Source: Schleiferiaceae bacterium (GTDB lineage: Bacteria > Bacteroidota > Bacteroidia > Flavobacteriales > Schleiferiaceae). From it: a stretch of DNA of 63,854 bases. The notes under the pieces are model-generated. The model searched no databases and was not told the DNA's origin. It worked only from the letters and a program-made list of their open reading frames with translations. Location: assembly GCA_049631665.1 (NCBI GenBank), contig JBNAAX010000001.1, positions 1 through 63,854 on the forward strand, in the 5' to 3' direction. Positions 19,912 to 30,428 of this stretch are shown piece by piece (position 1 is the first letter of the stretch; every line of letters begins with the position of its first letter). Made by a program: the position numbers and the translations under genes.

Positions 19912-21132
19912 TTAATTTCCTCTAATGGCTCTCACCGGGTTTAACTTCAATGCCTTGTATGCCGGGAACAATGCTGCAATTAATGCGGTCATGATGACCA
20001 TTACAGCGATAATTATATAATATTCCGGTACAATCTCTGGATAAATTGTACTCTGCATGCCCAGCTCTGCAAGGCCGTCTTTTTTGGTACTCAAATCGAG
20101 ACCAACCTCCATCATGGCACGAACACTTAGGTCGCCGAGAACAATCCCAATCGGCCCCGCTACTAAACCAAGCATCAGGGTTTCTATCAAAATCATAAAG
20201 AACAACTTGCGCTTGTTCATGCCTACAGCCATCAACATCCCCAACTCTCTACGACGCTCTAGTACCGCCATGAGCATGTTGTTAATGATGCCAAAAAGAA
20301 GGGCGAGCATGATAATACCGAGAACAAGGACGAGCATAATGCCCATCATATCGTCGGCAAAGCCAAGTTCCGGGCTGTTTTGCTTCCATGAAGTGATGAC
20401 AGTTGGTAGTGCAACATTCGCACTAATCGCAGCCGTTTTCTCCTCCGTATCTTCACTCTTGTCGTAACTAATCAATACCTCATGGATAAGCGATGTACCG
20501 ATAATGCGTTCGACATCCTTCTGTTGAACGTAAATATTGAGTTCGTCCCACGCGGCATTTAACGTTCTGTAGATCCCGCTTACCCTGAATGAGGCTTTGT
20601 GAATGACTCCGTTGTGGTCCTGAAAGGTGAGGACCATTTTCTTCTTCATTCCTAGCCCCATTTTCTCGGCCAATTTTTCACTGATAACTACCCCTTTGCG
20701 TACTCGAGTTTCGAAGAAATCGCCCTCGAGCATGTAGGTCGCGATGGTGGTATTGGCACGTTCATTTTCAGCGTTTACGCCGATGATTCTTGAGGCGCGC
20801 GTCTGCTTCGCGGAAGCAACCATTCCCTGGAGCATCGTGCGTGGCGCATAGCCCGTTACAAACGGCTGCTCCTCCAATGCAGCGATGAGGTTTTCATACG
20901 CCTCAGGAGCAATGATTGCGCTAGGACTAGGGTCTTCTAAAAAGTCTGATGAATGTGCTTGACTATGACCTAAGGTGGCGCCTATGGCTGCCGCTGTACG
21001 TTCATTGTTCATCCCGAAAGAAAAGCCAATGATGAGGAGTCCCGCCCATATTCCTATGGCAATGGAGCTCAACACAATGATGGAGCGAATACGAGAGCGC
21101 CAGATGTTGCGCCAAGCGACTTTGAAGATCAT
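19912..21132 (-). CDS. ABC transporter permease, FtsX/MacB-type (LolC/E-like)
   Basis: 406 aa. N-terminus MIFKVAWRNIWRSRIRS, TM1, a ~230-aa periplasmic domain, and three C-terminal TM segments (FtsX domain). Ends ...PAYKALKLNPVRAIR. Confidence 0.85.
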   Translation of the reverse strand: MIFKVAWRNIWRSRIRSIIVLSSIAIGIWAGLLIIGFSFGMNNERTAAAIGATLGHSQAHSSDFLEDPSPSAIIAPEAYENLIAALEEQPFVTGYAPRTMLQGMVASAKQTRASRIIGVNAENERANTTIATYMLEGDFFETRVRKGVVISEKLAEKMGLGMKKKMVLTFQDHNGVIHKASFRVSGIYRTLNAAWDELNIYVQQKDVERIIGTSLIHEVLISYDKSEDTEEKTAAISANVALPTVITSWKQNSPELGFADDMMGIMLVLVLGIIMLALLFGIINNMLMAVLERRRELGMLMAVGMNKRKLFFMILIETLMLGLVAGPIGIVLGDLSVRAMMEVGLDLSTKKDGLAELGMQSTIYPEIVPEYYIIIAVMVIMTALIAALFPAYKALKLNPVRAIRGN

Positions 21133-22340
21133 GAGCGCATACTTTCTATCGGATTCAACTTCATGATTTTCACCACTGCATATAAACTCACCAACACCCC
21201 AATGATAAAGATGATCGTCCCATGATTGAGGTTGATGATAAAGGAAGTAGTGGTGTAGAGCTTGGGCTCAAAGTTGTATTGCTCGATGGCCTCCTTCATC
21301 TGACCACTGAGGTCGATGGGGTTGTACTTAAAATAAAATTGGACCGGCTTAACTACTGCCATACCTACGATGGCTCCACCCATTATGAGCATGATATTTT
21401 CTAGTAAAGTCACAAAGGCCAATTTGGTTTTCTTCATCCCAATGCTGACCAAAATTCCAAATTCACGCTGGCGTTCAGCAACCATCATAATGACGGTACC
21501 CAGCAATACAAATGAGATGATGAAATAGAGAATGGTCACAAAGATGCGGCCACCGGCCATATCCACCTCAATGGTCTGAATGATCTCTGGGAACAACTCC
21601 TTCCACTCTAATATTTCTAATCCTTCCACTTCGGAACCTTTGAGTGCTGCACCCACCGCCTCGTAATCAGAATCTTTGTCCACGGCGACAACAAGCGTGG
21701 TGGCTCGATCGGTACAGTTGTACATGTATTGGGCTTTCTGTAAAGGCATTAAAACCAACTGCTTGTTCAACTCCGGGTTGGTCATTCTAGCAATGCCACC
21801 GATAGGGAACGCACCATATGCCGTAGCACCGTGGTAGCCTTGGCCCATGAACAACAAAGTATCGCCAAGACCTACATTAAAATATTTTGCCAAGCCCTCA
21901 CTGACCACAATCACACTATCGTCTCTAGAAAAGCTGCGTCCTTCCAAAAGGATGTCGTCCAGCTGCAAACCCGGCAATTCCACGGCAGGATCTATTCCCA
22001 TGACCAGTGAGCCTTTCGTATTGCTGCCGTGATACAGCAGCGAAAAACTTTCCATTCTTGGGATCAATCGGTCCACACCGTCGACGGCGAGTAGCTCTTC
22101 GCTATTCACTGCACCGAGATCCATAGTACGGTCCAAACTCTGGTCGGCCCAAAATCCATCCTCATTAATCTGAAGGTATCCAAAGTTGTTGCCGACGATC
22201 TCGTGGATCATGTTCTCCCAAACGCCGACTTGGAAACTTCGCAACACTACGGCGAAGATGACACAGAACATTACCGCAGCGATAGTGATGCCGCTCCGTC
22301 CCTTGTTCCTCCATATGTTGCGCCAAGCGAGCTTGAGCAT
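21129..22340 (-). CDS. ABC transporter permease, FtsX/MacB-type (paralog)
   Basis: 403 aa. MLKLAWRNIWRNKGRS start and the same topology as the downstream paralog. 4-nt overlap with the next gene. Confidence 0.85.
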   Translation of the reverse strand: MLKLAWRNIWRNKGRSGITIAAVMFCVIFAVVLRSFQVGVWENMIHEIVGNNFGYLQINEDGFWADQSLDRTMDLGAVNSEELLAVDGVDRLIPRMESFSLLYHGSNTKGSLVMGIDPAVELPGLQLDDILLEGRSFSRDDSVIVVSEGLAKYFNVGLGDTLLFMGQGYHGATAYGAFPIGGIARMTNPELNKQLVLMPLQKAQYMYNCTDRATTLVVAVDKDSDYEAVGAALKGSEVEGLEILEWKELFPEIIQTIEVDMAGGRIFVTILYFIISFVLLGTVIMMVAERQREFGILVSIGMKKTKLAFVTLLENIMLIMGGAIVGMAVVKPVQFYFKYNPIDLSGQMKEAIEQYNFEPKLYTTTSFIINLNHGTIIFIIGVLVSLYAVVKIMKLNPIESMRS

Positions 22341-23077
22341 TATTTCACGTTTTTGATGTTGGCTTTGGTAAAGAAACTATCCGGTATAGGCGTGGTAAAG
22401 TCCACATAACTGTACCGAATCTCAGTATAGCTCTCCGGATCCTCCCCAGGAATCATCTTGATGACTTTTGGAAGTCTACGACCGTCAAAATTGGTCAATT
22501 CAAAGGCTTGCATTTCGGTAATTAAAAATTCGTCTTCGTCGTAAAACTCTCCGCCCAATTGTACGAATGTAGCTTTATCGATGTAGGCAACTATTCTACC
22601 CCAGACGACCGGTGCATCCGGCTTTGGCGTTAATTCCAATACCCAGCAATCTGCTCCCGCCACCTGCTTAGAACCAGTAATCTCAGGGGTGTAATCGACC
22701 GTGAAGGCACCCGCATTGATTAAAGCATCGTTGGAAATGTCCGTACCCATCCAGTTTTGAACCAATGCCGCAGGCAAAGCCACCAACTTTTTGATGGCTG
22801 GGACAAAATTCCAAATGTCTTCGCCGTTTTTCATAAATACTGTGCCCGCATCGCGTTTAGGTCCAGTAATTAAGATGCAACTCATGTCGGTACCCTTGTT
22901 CCAAAGTTTGGCATCCATGGTACGCTGCCAGCCAGGCCGAACCGTAGTAATGCTCACCTCGGCTGTGCTCTGCGCACCGCGTAAGTAGGCCTCGCTCTTT
23001 TTTAAAATCGTTGAAGCATCTTGGGCCGCAAGCGTGGTTGCAAGGGCTAAAGAGAATATGGTTAGAATACGTTTCAT
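22340..23077 (-). CDS. Outer-membrane lipoprotein-sorting (LolA-like) family protein
   Basis: 245 aa. Signal peptide. The pattern R.......W.KG.D......GP.RD.GT.F.K.G...W.F.P matches my memory of the LolA-like family that accompanies FtsX pairs. TAATG overlap with the first permease. Confidence 0.65.
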   Translation of the reverse strand: MKRILTIFSLALATTLAAQDASTILKKSEAYLRGAQSTAEVSITTVRPGWQRTMDAKLWNKGTDMSCILITGPKRDAGTVFMKNGEDIWNFVPAIKKLVALPAALVQNWMGTDISNDALINAGAFTVDYTPEITGSKQVAGADCWVLELTPKPDAPVVWGRIVAYIDKATFVQLGGEFYDEDEFLITEMQAFELTNFDGRRLPKVIKMIPGEDPESYTEIRYSYVDFTTPIPDSFFTKANIKNVK

Positions 23078-23127
23078 TGCGTGTTGTTCTGCCTAAGTAA
23101 CGCCCTCATTTCTTCAAAGTTTTGAGC

Positions 23128-24129
23128 TTAACCTAGTTTTTGGGCCAATTTTGCCATCTCTTTTTTCGCCGATTTCCCGTCGTATAAAACCGCATGAACG
23201 GCCTTAACGATAGGCATCTTCACCTCGCGTTTTCTACGAAGCTTATGAACCAGCGGTACGGCATAATATCCCTCGGCAACCATGGTCATTTCTGCCTTAG
23301 CGCTTTTTACGGTGTAGCCTTTACCCAGCATATTACCGAGCATTCTGTTGCGCGAAAATTGGCTGTAGCCCGTTACCAACAAATCGCCCAAATAGGCACT
23401 CTTGTTAATGTTTACCTTGGTGTCGCTCACTGCTTTCATAAACCTGTTCATCTCACGAGCCGCGTTGCTCATCAGTACCGCTTGGAAGTTGTCGCCGTAT
23501 CCCAAACCGTGGTACATCCCAGCGGCAATGGCATAGATATTCTTTAATACAGCAGCATATTCCGTCCCGTACAAATCGTCGCTTAAGGTGCACTTCATAT
23601 AGTGACTCTCCATACATTGCGCCACCATTTTTGCGACCGATTTTTCTCTAGCGGCAACGGTTAAGTAGCTCAATCGCTCAAGGGCAATCTCCTCAGCGTG
23701 ACAAGGGCCAGTAATTACTACAATCTGCTCTTCTGGAACTTCAAGAATTTCGTTTAAGTATCGGCCCACAATCATGTTTTCATCGGGAATAATCCCCTTG
23801 ATCGCAGTGGCCACAATCTTTTTGCGGAGCAATACCGGATCTAAATCTGCCAGCACCTCTTTCACAAACGCGCTTGGCACTGCAAGCACTACAATATCTG
23901 CCTCAGCCACACACGCCTCAATGTCGGTGAAGACTGAAATGGCCTCCGGCTTAAAGCCAACGGAACTCAAATAGCGCGGATTGTGGTGATAGCGCATCAC
24001 GTGCATCGCACTTTCACTGTTGTGCATCCACCAAGCACAATGCCCAAGGGTATCACTAAAGATTTTGGTGAGGGCCGTCCCGAAGGACCCACCACCAATG
24101 ACTGCAACGCTATGTGATTTCTGCTCCAT
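23128..24129 (-). CDS. gpsA: NAD(P)H-dependent glycerol-3-phosphate dehydrogenase
   Basis: 333 aa. Rossmann motif VIGGGSFGTAL and a colinear GpsA C-terminal domain. Confidence 0.9.
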   Translation of the reverse strand: MEQKSHSVAVIGGGSFGTALTKIFSDTLGHCAWWMHNSESAMHVMRYHHNPRYLSSVGFKPEAISVFTDIEACVAEADIVVLAVPSAFVKEVLADLDPVLLRKKIVATAIKGIIPDENMIVGRYLNEILEVPEEQIVVITGPCHAEEIALERLSYLTVAAREKSVAKMVAQCMESHYMKCTLSDDLYGTEYAAVLKNIYAIAAGMYHGLGYGDNFQAVLMSNAAREMNRFMKAVSDTKVNINKSAYLGDLLVTGYSQFSRNRMLGNMLGKGYTVKSAKAEMTMVAEGYYAVPLVHKLRRKREVKMPIVKAVHAVLYDGKSAKKEMAKLAQKLG

Positions 24130-25820
24130 TAAAAAGTGATTTCTGCTTCTATCTCTTCATCCCCACGCTTGTAAACGATGGTGGTGGTGTCGCCCTTCTT
24201 GAAGGCGCCTAGGGCCCCCATGTAGGCATAGATATCATCGATGGTAAAGTCGCCTATTTTCAAAACGATGTCTCCCGCCTTCATGCCCGCGTTCGCGGCC
24301 GGACGGCCCTCGGTAGCACCGTCAATCTTCAGGCCAGGTCCGCCAAATAGGTAATCCGGCACAACGCCAAGTGTCACAGAGAAACGCGGTGTGGTTTTCT
24401 GCTCTGCACTGGTTGTTTTCTGGAAATTTAGGCGCTCATAGGAGGACGTACGAGCAGTAATGGTGTAGACCATCGAAGCCAATTTTGCCATGCCTTTGTA
24501 ATTCACCTTATCAGCATCGTCGGCCGGTTTGTGGTAGTCTTCGTGTGTTCCTGTGAATAGGTGAAGTACAGGTAGGTTTTTGTAGTAGAACGAGGTGTGG
24601 TCTGAAGGGCCCACTCCGGCAGGGTCTTTTTTAATGTCGAGGTCGTGGATGGGCGTGTCTAGAATTTCATCCCACTGCTCAGCGGTACCTGTTCCGGACA
24701 CTTGGAGGCGGCCACTGCGGAGGCGACCCACCATATCAAAATTGATCATGTATTCTACCGTTTCCAATGGGAAGGTCGGGTGCTCAGTGAAGTATTTCGA
24801 GCCGATGAGGCCGCTTTCCTCGGCGCTGAAGAAGAGGATGACGTAGTTGTAGCTGGTGTCCTGACGCTTGCCGTAGTAGCGGGTCGCTTCGAGCAAAAGT
24901 GTAGTGCCCGAACCGTTATCGTCCGCACCGTTGTGAATGGCTGGGGTACCTTTGTATAAGCTGTTTTCGCCGCCCATACCAATGTGGTCATAGTGGGCAC
25001 CAAGGACGACCGTGCGCGCCTTGTTGTTGTTAATGAATCCGGCAAGGTTGTATCCCGTGCTATAGCGCTCTTTCATACTCACAGCAAGGCTCACTTTTTG
25101 GGATTTCTTGGCCAATTTTTCAGCGGCTGCCTCGTTGCGCACAAAGAGCACTGGAATGTCGATGGAGTTGATGGCCTTGAAGAACTCAGGAACATCCGAG
25201 GCTGTTTTTTCAGGGTTGATGAGAAGCACTGCTGCTGCGCCTTTGGCTTTCGCCAGTTTAAGTCGTTGGTACACGCTGTGGTAGGCTGCATACGCACTGT
25301 GCGGGTGCACACCGTCCGGAGAACTCACATTGAGTACGGCTATTTTACCTTCAAGATCCTTGCCTTGGTAATCGTTATAGGAACCGTCTTCTTTGACGAT
25401 ACCGTATCCTATGCTCAGTGTTTTTCCGGAGATTTCACCATTGGCGCTATAGGCCACTGGGTAGAAATCCACATGAGGAACGAGGACTTTTTTGCCCAAT
25501 TTAAGGCCCGTCTGATCGTAATCTACGGCAGCATATTCTGGTACTGGAAAGGCTTGGCGGTAGCCGTTTTCACCATAGGGCTCCAGACCAAATTCGGCCA
25601 TGCGCTGCTCAATGAAATCACGTGCAATATCACTTCCAGGAGTTCCAGGCAGACGGCCCTTGAGCGAATCTGACGCGAGGAAGAATAGATCCCGTTGCAT
25701 GCGCTTGGGAGCCTCCTTATCGATAGCTACTTCTTGTGCCTTTACAGGTAGGGTAAATACTAGGGCGAGAATAGGTACAATAAATCGCTTGTTCATGAGT
25801 TCATTATTAAGGTCGCCCAA
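24129..25820 (-). CDS. Secreted M28 family aminopeptidase with PA domain and C-terminal PDZ domain
   Basis: 563 aa. Signal peptide, PA-like insert (GKIAVLNVSS), M28 metal ligands (AHYDH, GADDNGSG, SAEESGL.GS, NFDMVG, SDH), and a C-terminal PDZ (GMKAGDIVLKIGD). Confidence 0.85.
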   Translation of the reverse strand: MGDLNNELMNKRFIVPILALVFTLPVKAQEVAIDKEAPKRMQRDLFFLASDSLKGRLPGTPGSDIARDFIEQRMAEFGLEPYGENGYRQAFPVPEYAAVDYDQTGLKLGKKVLVPHVDFYPVAYSANGEISGKTLSIGYGIVKEDGSYNDYQGKDLEGKIAVLNVSSPDGVHPHSAYAAYHSVYQRLKLAKAKGAAAVLLINPEKTASDVPEFFKAINSIDIPVLFVRNEAAAEKLAKKSQKVSLAVSMKERYSTGYNLAGFINNNKARTVVLGAHYDHIGMGGENSLYKGTPAIHNGADDNGSGTTLLLEATRYYGKRQDTSYNYVILFFSAEESGLIGSKYFTEHPTFPLETVEYMINFDMVGRLRSGRLQVSGTGTAEQWDEILDTPIHDLDIKKDPAGVGPSDHTSFYYKNLPVLHLFTGTHEDYHKPADDADKVNYKGMAKLASMVYTITARTSSYERLNFQKTTSAEQKTTPRFSVTLGVVPDYLFGGPGLKIDGATEGRPAANAGMKAGDIVLKIGDFTIDDIYAYMGALGAFKKGDTTTIVYKRGDEEIEAEITF

Positions 25821-25837
25821 AGGTACGACCCAAAGGC

Positions 25838-25845
25838 TATATTTG
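25838..25845 (+). promoter_or_regulatory. Bacteroidota -7 promoter box
   Basis: Perfect TAnnTTTG (tatatttg), 16 nt upstream of the ATG at 25862. Confidence 0.5.
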
Positions 25846-25861
25846 AGGTGTGAGTAATGGT

Positions 25862-27304
25862 ATGAAACAGCTCGCCGGGCAAACGGCGATTTACGGATTG
25901 AGCAGCATTTTAGGGCGCATGATCAACTTCTTGTTGGTGCCCCTGCAAACCGCAGTTTTAAGCCAATCGGAATACGGGGTTAATGTAGATTTCTACAGCC
26001 TGATCGCCTTTCTCATTGTCATCTGTACGTTCGGTATGGAAACGGCCTATTTCAGGTTTAGCGAGAAAGAAGGCTGGGAAGAGCGCAAGGTCTTTGGTAC
26101 TTCCATTACTATGATTTTAATTGTGCTCGGCGCCCTTGGGGTGCTCACTTACTTTGGTCAGAACACGTTGCTAGGTGCCTTACGCTATGAAGACACTCCT
26201 GAATATTTGGGCTATCTGTATGCTATTTTAGCCTTAGATGCACTGGCTGCCATTCCCTTTGCTCGACTCAGAAGACAAAACAAAGCCGTTCGGTTCGCTG
26301 GAATAAAATTGGCCTTGATATTCTCAAACGTCTTGGTAAACCTGTACTTCTTCTTGCCTGCGTTGTGGGAATTGAACGGTACCGCGCCTTGGTTCACGCA
26401 TGAGCTGCGGGGCGTTCAATACATCTTTATAGCCAACCTGTGTGCATCGAGCTTGATGTTTGTGCTCCTTCTGCCCACGTTTAGAGGATTCAAATTCAGT
26501 CTTGAAAGAAAGTATACCAAAGGATTGTTGGCCTTTGGAATTCCACTTTTGATTGGTGGATTGGCCGGGATTGCCAATGAAATGCTCGACCGTCAATTGC
26601 TCAAATATTTACTTCCACAGGACAGTTGGGCGCAGGGTGTGGGTATTTATGGGGCAGTCTATAAGATTTCGATTTTCTTGGTGCTGTTCAACCAGGCCTT
26701 CAGATATGCTGCCGAGCCTTTCTTTTTCAAAAACGCCAACCTGGGCGATGGAAAAGAAAAAATGGCGAAAGTCATGGAAGGTTTTGCCTGGGTGATGTGT
26801 GTGGGCTTTGTCCTGATCATCGCAGGGTTGGATTACTTGAAATTCTTTATTGACGAGAAGTTTTGGGTAGGCCTTCATTTGGTGCCCATTCTATTGCTCG
26901 CCAATGTCATTCTTGGCATCAATACAAATTTGAACATGTGGTACAAGGTAAGCGACAAGACCACCTACGGCATCTACATCACGTTTGTGGGCCTATTCTT
27001 TACAGTGGTTGGGAATGTTGCACTTATTCCTCAAATGGGAATTCTAGGGGCCGCTATCACTACGCTTATTGCTTATACCGCCATGTTTTTCGCCAGTTTG
27101 ATCTGGGGAAACCGCAACTACAAGGTGCCTTACAACTGGAGTAAGATTGGAGGGCTTGTTGTGGTTTCGAGCGGTTTGGCTTTTGCCCTTCACTATTTTC
27201 CATTGAGCGATGTCTGTCTTAAAATTGGACTCGGACTCACCTACCTTTTCGTTATGTTCATGGTGGAACGCAACGGACTCTTTAAATTCGTATTCAGAAA
27301 ATGA
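25862..27304 (+). CDS. Polysaccharide/oligosaccharide flippase family protein (MOP superfamily, Wzx/MurJ-like)
   Basis: About 480 aa and highly hydrophobic, with 12-14 TM segments. The start [19 protein letters not shown] is typical of the family. I prefer the ATG at 25862 to the GTG at 25850 because the -7 box ends at 25845. Confidence 0.8.
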   Translation: MKQLAGQTAIYGLSSILGRMINFLLVPLQTAVLSQSEYGVNVDFYSLIAFLIVICTFGMETAYFRFSEKEGWEERKVFGTSITMILIVLGALGVLTYFGQNTLLGALRYEDTPEYLGYLYAILALDALAAIPFARLRRQNKAVRFAGIKLALIFSNVLVNLYFFLPALWELNGTAPWFTHELRGVQYIFIANLCASSLMFVLLLPTFRGFKFSLERKYTKGLLAFGIPLLIGGLAGIANEMLDRQLLKYLLPQDSWAQGVGIYGAVYKISIFLVLFNQAFRYAAEPFFFKNANLGDGKEKMAKVMEGFAWVMCVGFVLIIAGLDYLKFFIDEKFWVGLHLVPILLLANVILGINTNLNMWYKVSDKTTYGIYITFVGLFFTVVGNVALIPQMGILGAAITTLIAYTAMFFASLIWGNRNYKVPYNWSKIGGLVVVSSGLAFALHYFPLSDVCLKIGLGLTYLFVMFMVERNGLFKFVFRK

Positions 27305-27735
27305 AAATCCCAGTAATCTATAGCGGCAAGCATGCCCTTCCTCAATTTGAAACGCCGCAAAGTGCCGGCATGGATTTACGTGCTAACATAGATGCCCCAG
27401 TAGTACTGCAACCCGGCGAGAGAGCGCTCATCCCCACAGGCATTGCAATGGCCTTGCCCGACGGATTCGAAGCACAGATTCGCCCACGTTCTGGACTAGC
27501 ATACAAGCACGGTGTAACTGTTTTAAACAGCCCTGGAACGATCGATGCGGATTACCGCGGCGATGTGGGCGTCCTGCTGATTAACCACGGCAGCGAGGCC
27601 TTCACGGTAGAAGATGGCATGAGAGTTGCACAAATGGTCGTGGCCCAATACAGCCAATTCCAATGGGAAGCCGTCAGCGACTTGAGTGATACCGACCGCG
27701 GTGCTGGTGGATTTGGAAGCACAGGAAAGAACTAA
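27301..27735 (+). CDS. dut: dUTP diphosphatase
   Basis: 144 aa. Motifs [23 protein letters not shown] and [10 protein letters not shown]. Confidence 0.93.
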   Translation: MKIPVIYSGKHALPQFETPQSAGMDLRANIDAPVVLQPGERALIPTGIAMALPDGFEAQIRPRSGLAYKHGVTVLNSPGTIDADYRGDVGVLLINHGSEAFTVEDGMRVAQMVVAQYSQFQWEAVSDLSDTDRGAGGFGSTGKN

Positions 27736-27763
27736 TAACAACAACCAATAAACCCTTACAAAC

Positions 27764-28771
27764 ATGAAAATTATCGTCCCGATGGCAGGTCGCGGATCGC
27801 GTCTTCGACCCCACACCCTTACCGTGCCTAAACCCTTAATTCCTATCGCAGGAAAGCCTATCGTTCAGCGTTTGGTGGAAGATATCGTGAGCGTATGTGG
27901 TGACAAGAAGGTAGATGAAATCGCTTTCATCATCGGCGATTTTGGCGAGCAAGTTGAAGCTGACCTCAAGAAGGTTGCAGAAAACTTAGGTGCCAAAGGA
28001 AGCATCTATTACCAAGACAAACCGCTCGGTACGGCACACGCCATTCACTGTGCTGCAGATAGCATGGACGACGAGATCGTTGTAGCCTTTGCGGACACCC
28101 TATTCCGTGCAGATTTTACCCTAGACACCGATGCAGATTCTGTGATTTGGGTGAAGCAGGTAGATGATCCTTCAGCGTACGGTGTGGTGCAGTTCGCCGA
28201 GAACGGCAGCATCAACAATTTCGTAGAAAAACCGAAGGAATTCGTATCCGATTCTGCCATCATTGGGATTTACTATTTCAAGGATGGACCTGGATTGCGC
28301 AAGGAATTGAAATACATCTTGGACAACGACCTTCGCCCTAGTGGAGAGTACCAGCTTACGGATGCTTTGAGCGCCCTAATGAACCAAGGCAAGGTATTCC
28401 GTCCAGGAACAGTGAGCGATTGGATGGATTGTGGAAATAAGGCCATTACCGTGGAAACCAACAGCAAAATGTTGGGCTATTTACAAGGCAAGCCAGAGCT
28501 AAGAGGGGAGAACATCACCCTTGAAAATTCAGAGATTATCGAGCCGTGCTACATTGGTTCAAACGTGGTGTTGAAGAACGCTAAAATTGGTCCCCATGTG
28601 AGCTTAGGCGATAACTGTGTGGTAGAAGATGCCACTATCGAGGGCTCTTTGATTCAGACCAATTCTACCATCACTAATATCATCCTCAAGGACAGTATGA
28701 TCGGAAACCACGCACATGTCGATGGTCGCTGGACTTCTGTATCTTTAGGCGACTATTCAAGAATGGACTAA
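27764..28771 (+). CDS. Sugar-phosphate nucleotidyltransferase with a C-terminal left-handed beta-helix domain
   Basis: 335 aa. N-terminus MKIIVPMAGRGSRLRP.T...PKPLI.IAGKP, and hexapeptide-like repeats in the last ~90 aa. Confidence 0.8.
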   Translation: MKIIVPMAGRGSRLRPHTLTVPKPLIPIAGKPIVQRLVEDIVSVCGDKKVDEIAFIIGDFGEQVEADLKKVAENLGAKGSIYYQDKPLGTAHAIHCAADSMDDEIVVAFADTLFRADFTLDTDADSVIWVKQVDDPSAYGVVQFAENGSINNFVEKPKEFVSDSAIIGIYYFKDGPGLRKELKYILDNDLRPSGEYQLTDALSALMNQGKVFRPGTVSDWMDCGNKAITVETNSKMLGYLQGKPELRGENITLENSEIIEPCYIGSNVVLKNAKIGPHVSLGDNCVVEDATIEGSLIQTNSTITNIILKDSMIGNHAHVDGRWTSVSLGDYSRMD

Positions 28772-30417
28772 TGCAGAAATTGATAGGGGCGCTGCTTGGT
28801 GTCCTCATTTCTATAACAACCTTTGCGCAAGACCCTTCGAAAGAGGGGTCTTCTGCTTTATCGGCGCTTTTCTACAAAGCCGAGACCTACCGCATTACTG
28901 GAAGGTCGGAATTGGCCAAAGAGGCCTACACCATGCTTTTGGCGCAAGACCCTACGCACGAGACCGCCTTGTACCAGCTCGCGCGCATCTTCTTTACCGA
29001 AAATAACTTTTTCGAAGCTGAACAACTGCTCGCTACCGGTACCTCAGCTTACCCTGAGAATCAATGGATGTGGCGACTACAAGCCGTAAATTCCCGTCAG
29101 CTTGGGGATATGGCCACCGCCCTTTCTTCTTACGAGGCACTCATGGTGCTTCGACCGGACCAACCTGAATATGTACAAGAAGCACTTCAAAGCGCGCTTG
29201 CAGCGGGAAACAGTGAGAAGGCCTTGACGTTCCTCAGTACGCTAGAGAAGATGTACGGCGATGGCCCTGAAATTGTGCAACAGAAAATGGAGATTCACCT
29301 TCGCAACAACGATGTAAAGGCTGCAGAGAAAGTACTAAAGCAGGCCATAAAGGACTACCCACAGCGCCTAGAATACCGAGGGCTCGCTGCACAGTTTTAC
29401 GATGCGAACGGCAAGGCGAAAAAGGCAGAGAAAATCTTACGCGCAGCCGTTGAAGACTTCCCGCAAAATGCGCCAATCGCTATGGAATTGGCCCGGGTGC
29501 TGCAAGCAAAAGACCACCTCGATGAGAGCATGTACTATTTGGAGCGCGCTTTGGTACTGCCCGGCATGAGTTTAAAAGACAAGGGCCCTGTATTGCTTAG
29601 TCTGTGGGAGACCGCAAAGAAAGATCCAAGCATGCAGCCAATGACCGACAGGGCGTGGGCGGCTACAAAAGAAATCCATGAGGGAGAAGGCGCCTATTAC
29701 TTGCTCGAGGGCGAGCGCTTGATTTTTGAGGGCGAATTTTCACAGAGTGTCTTGATGTATCTCGAAGCCATTGAACGCGGCTTTAAAACACCCGAGGTCT
29801 ATACGCAGGTCGCTGAACTATGCCGACAGACCGATCAGGACGGTATCGCCCTTGAAGTGCTGCGAACCATGGCTCGTGAGTTTAGCGACAACATGGAAGT
29901 ACTCAGCTATGTAACCTTTAGTTTTTACGACAGAAACTGGTGGACAGATTGTGCACAAATCGCCATGGAAAGTGCACCGAAGGCGTTGGACGATGAAACT
30001 CAAAAGTGGTTTTACAACCTGGCCGGTACGGCCTATTTCTCACAAGATTCCATCGAGCTTGGCGTTAAAGCCTATGAATTGAGCTTGGAAATTGAAAGGG
30101 ATGCAGGCGCATTGAACAACCTCGCGTGGGAGCTGGGTAAGCGCGGATTAGAACTTGAGCGAGCACTTGCACTGACCGAGGAGAGCAATGAAAAAAGTGC
30201 ACTCGAAGCTACCTATCTCGACACTTGGGCATGGGTATTGTATAAAATGGGGAAATACCCTGAAGCACAGGCCAAAATGGTCTTAGCTTTGCAACTTCAG
30301 AGAACTGCTCCTGATGCCACGCTGTACAAGCATGCTGCCGATATCGAAAAAGCACTTGGTAACGAGGAGAAGGCTCAGGAATACCGGGATAAAGCGAAGG
30401 AATTGAAAGGCAATTAG
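28771..30417 (+). CDS. Secreted TPR-repeat protein
   Basis: 548 aa. Signal peptide and multiple A/L/Y-rich 34-aa helical repeats throughout. Confidence 0.75.
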   Translation: MQKLIGALLGVLISITTFAQDPSKEGSSALSALFYKAETYRITGRSELAKEAYTMLLAQDPTHETALYQLARIFFTENNFFEAEQLLATGTSAYPENQWMWRLQAVNSRQLGDMATALSSYEALMVLRPDQPEYVQEALQSALAAGNSEKALTFLSTLEKMYGDGPEIVQQKMEIHLRNNDVKAAEKVLKQAIKDYPQRLEYRGLAAQFYDANGKAKKAEKILRAAVEDFPQNAPIAMELARVLQAKDHLDESMYYLERALVLPGMSLKDKGPVLLSLWETAKKDPSMQPMTDRAWAATKEIHEGEGAYYLLEGERLIFEGEFSQSVLMYLEAIERGFKTPEVYTQVAELCRQTDQDGIALEVLRTMAREFSDNMEVLSYVTFSFYDRNWWTDCAQIAMESAPKALDDETQKWFYNLAGTAYFSQDSIELGVKAYELSLEIERDAGALNNLAWELGKRGLELERALALTEESNEKSALEATYLDTWAWVLYKMGKYPEAQAKMVLALQLQRTAPDATLYKHAADIEKALGNEEKAQEYRDKAKELKGN

Positions 30418-30428
30418 CCCATTGAATT

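Noticed and set aside
19912-22340. The two adjacent FtsX permeases as a recent tandem duplication or repeat
   Set aside because: They share topology and N-terminal motifs (WRNIWR) but are clearly diverged in sequence. This is the normal heterodimer-like LolC/LolE-type pair, not a repeat element.
24984-25673. 229-aa ORF (plus smaller ones at 24702-24959 and 24755-25045) inside or antisense to the M28 peptidase gene
   Set aside because: These are shadow ORFs opposite, or out of frame with, a well-supported CDS, and their composition is unlike real proteins from this window.
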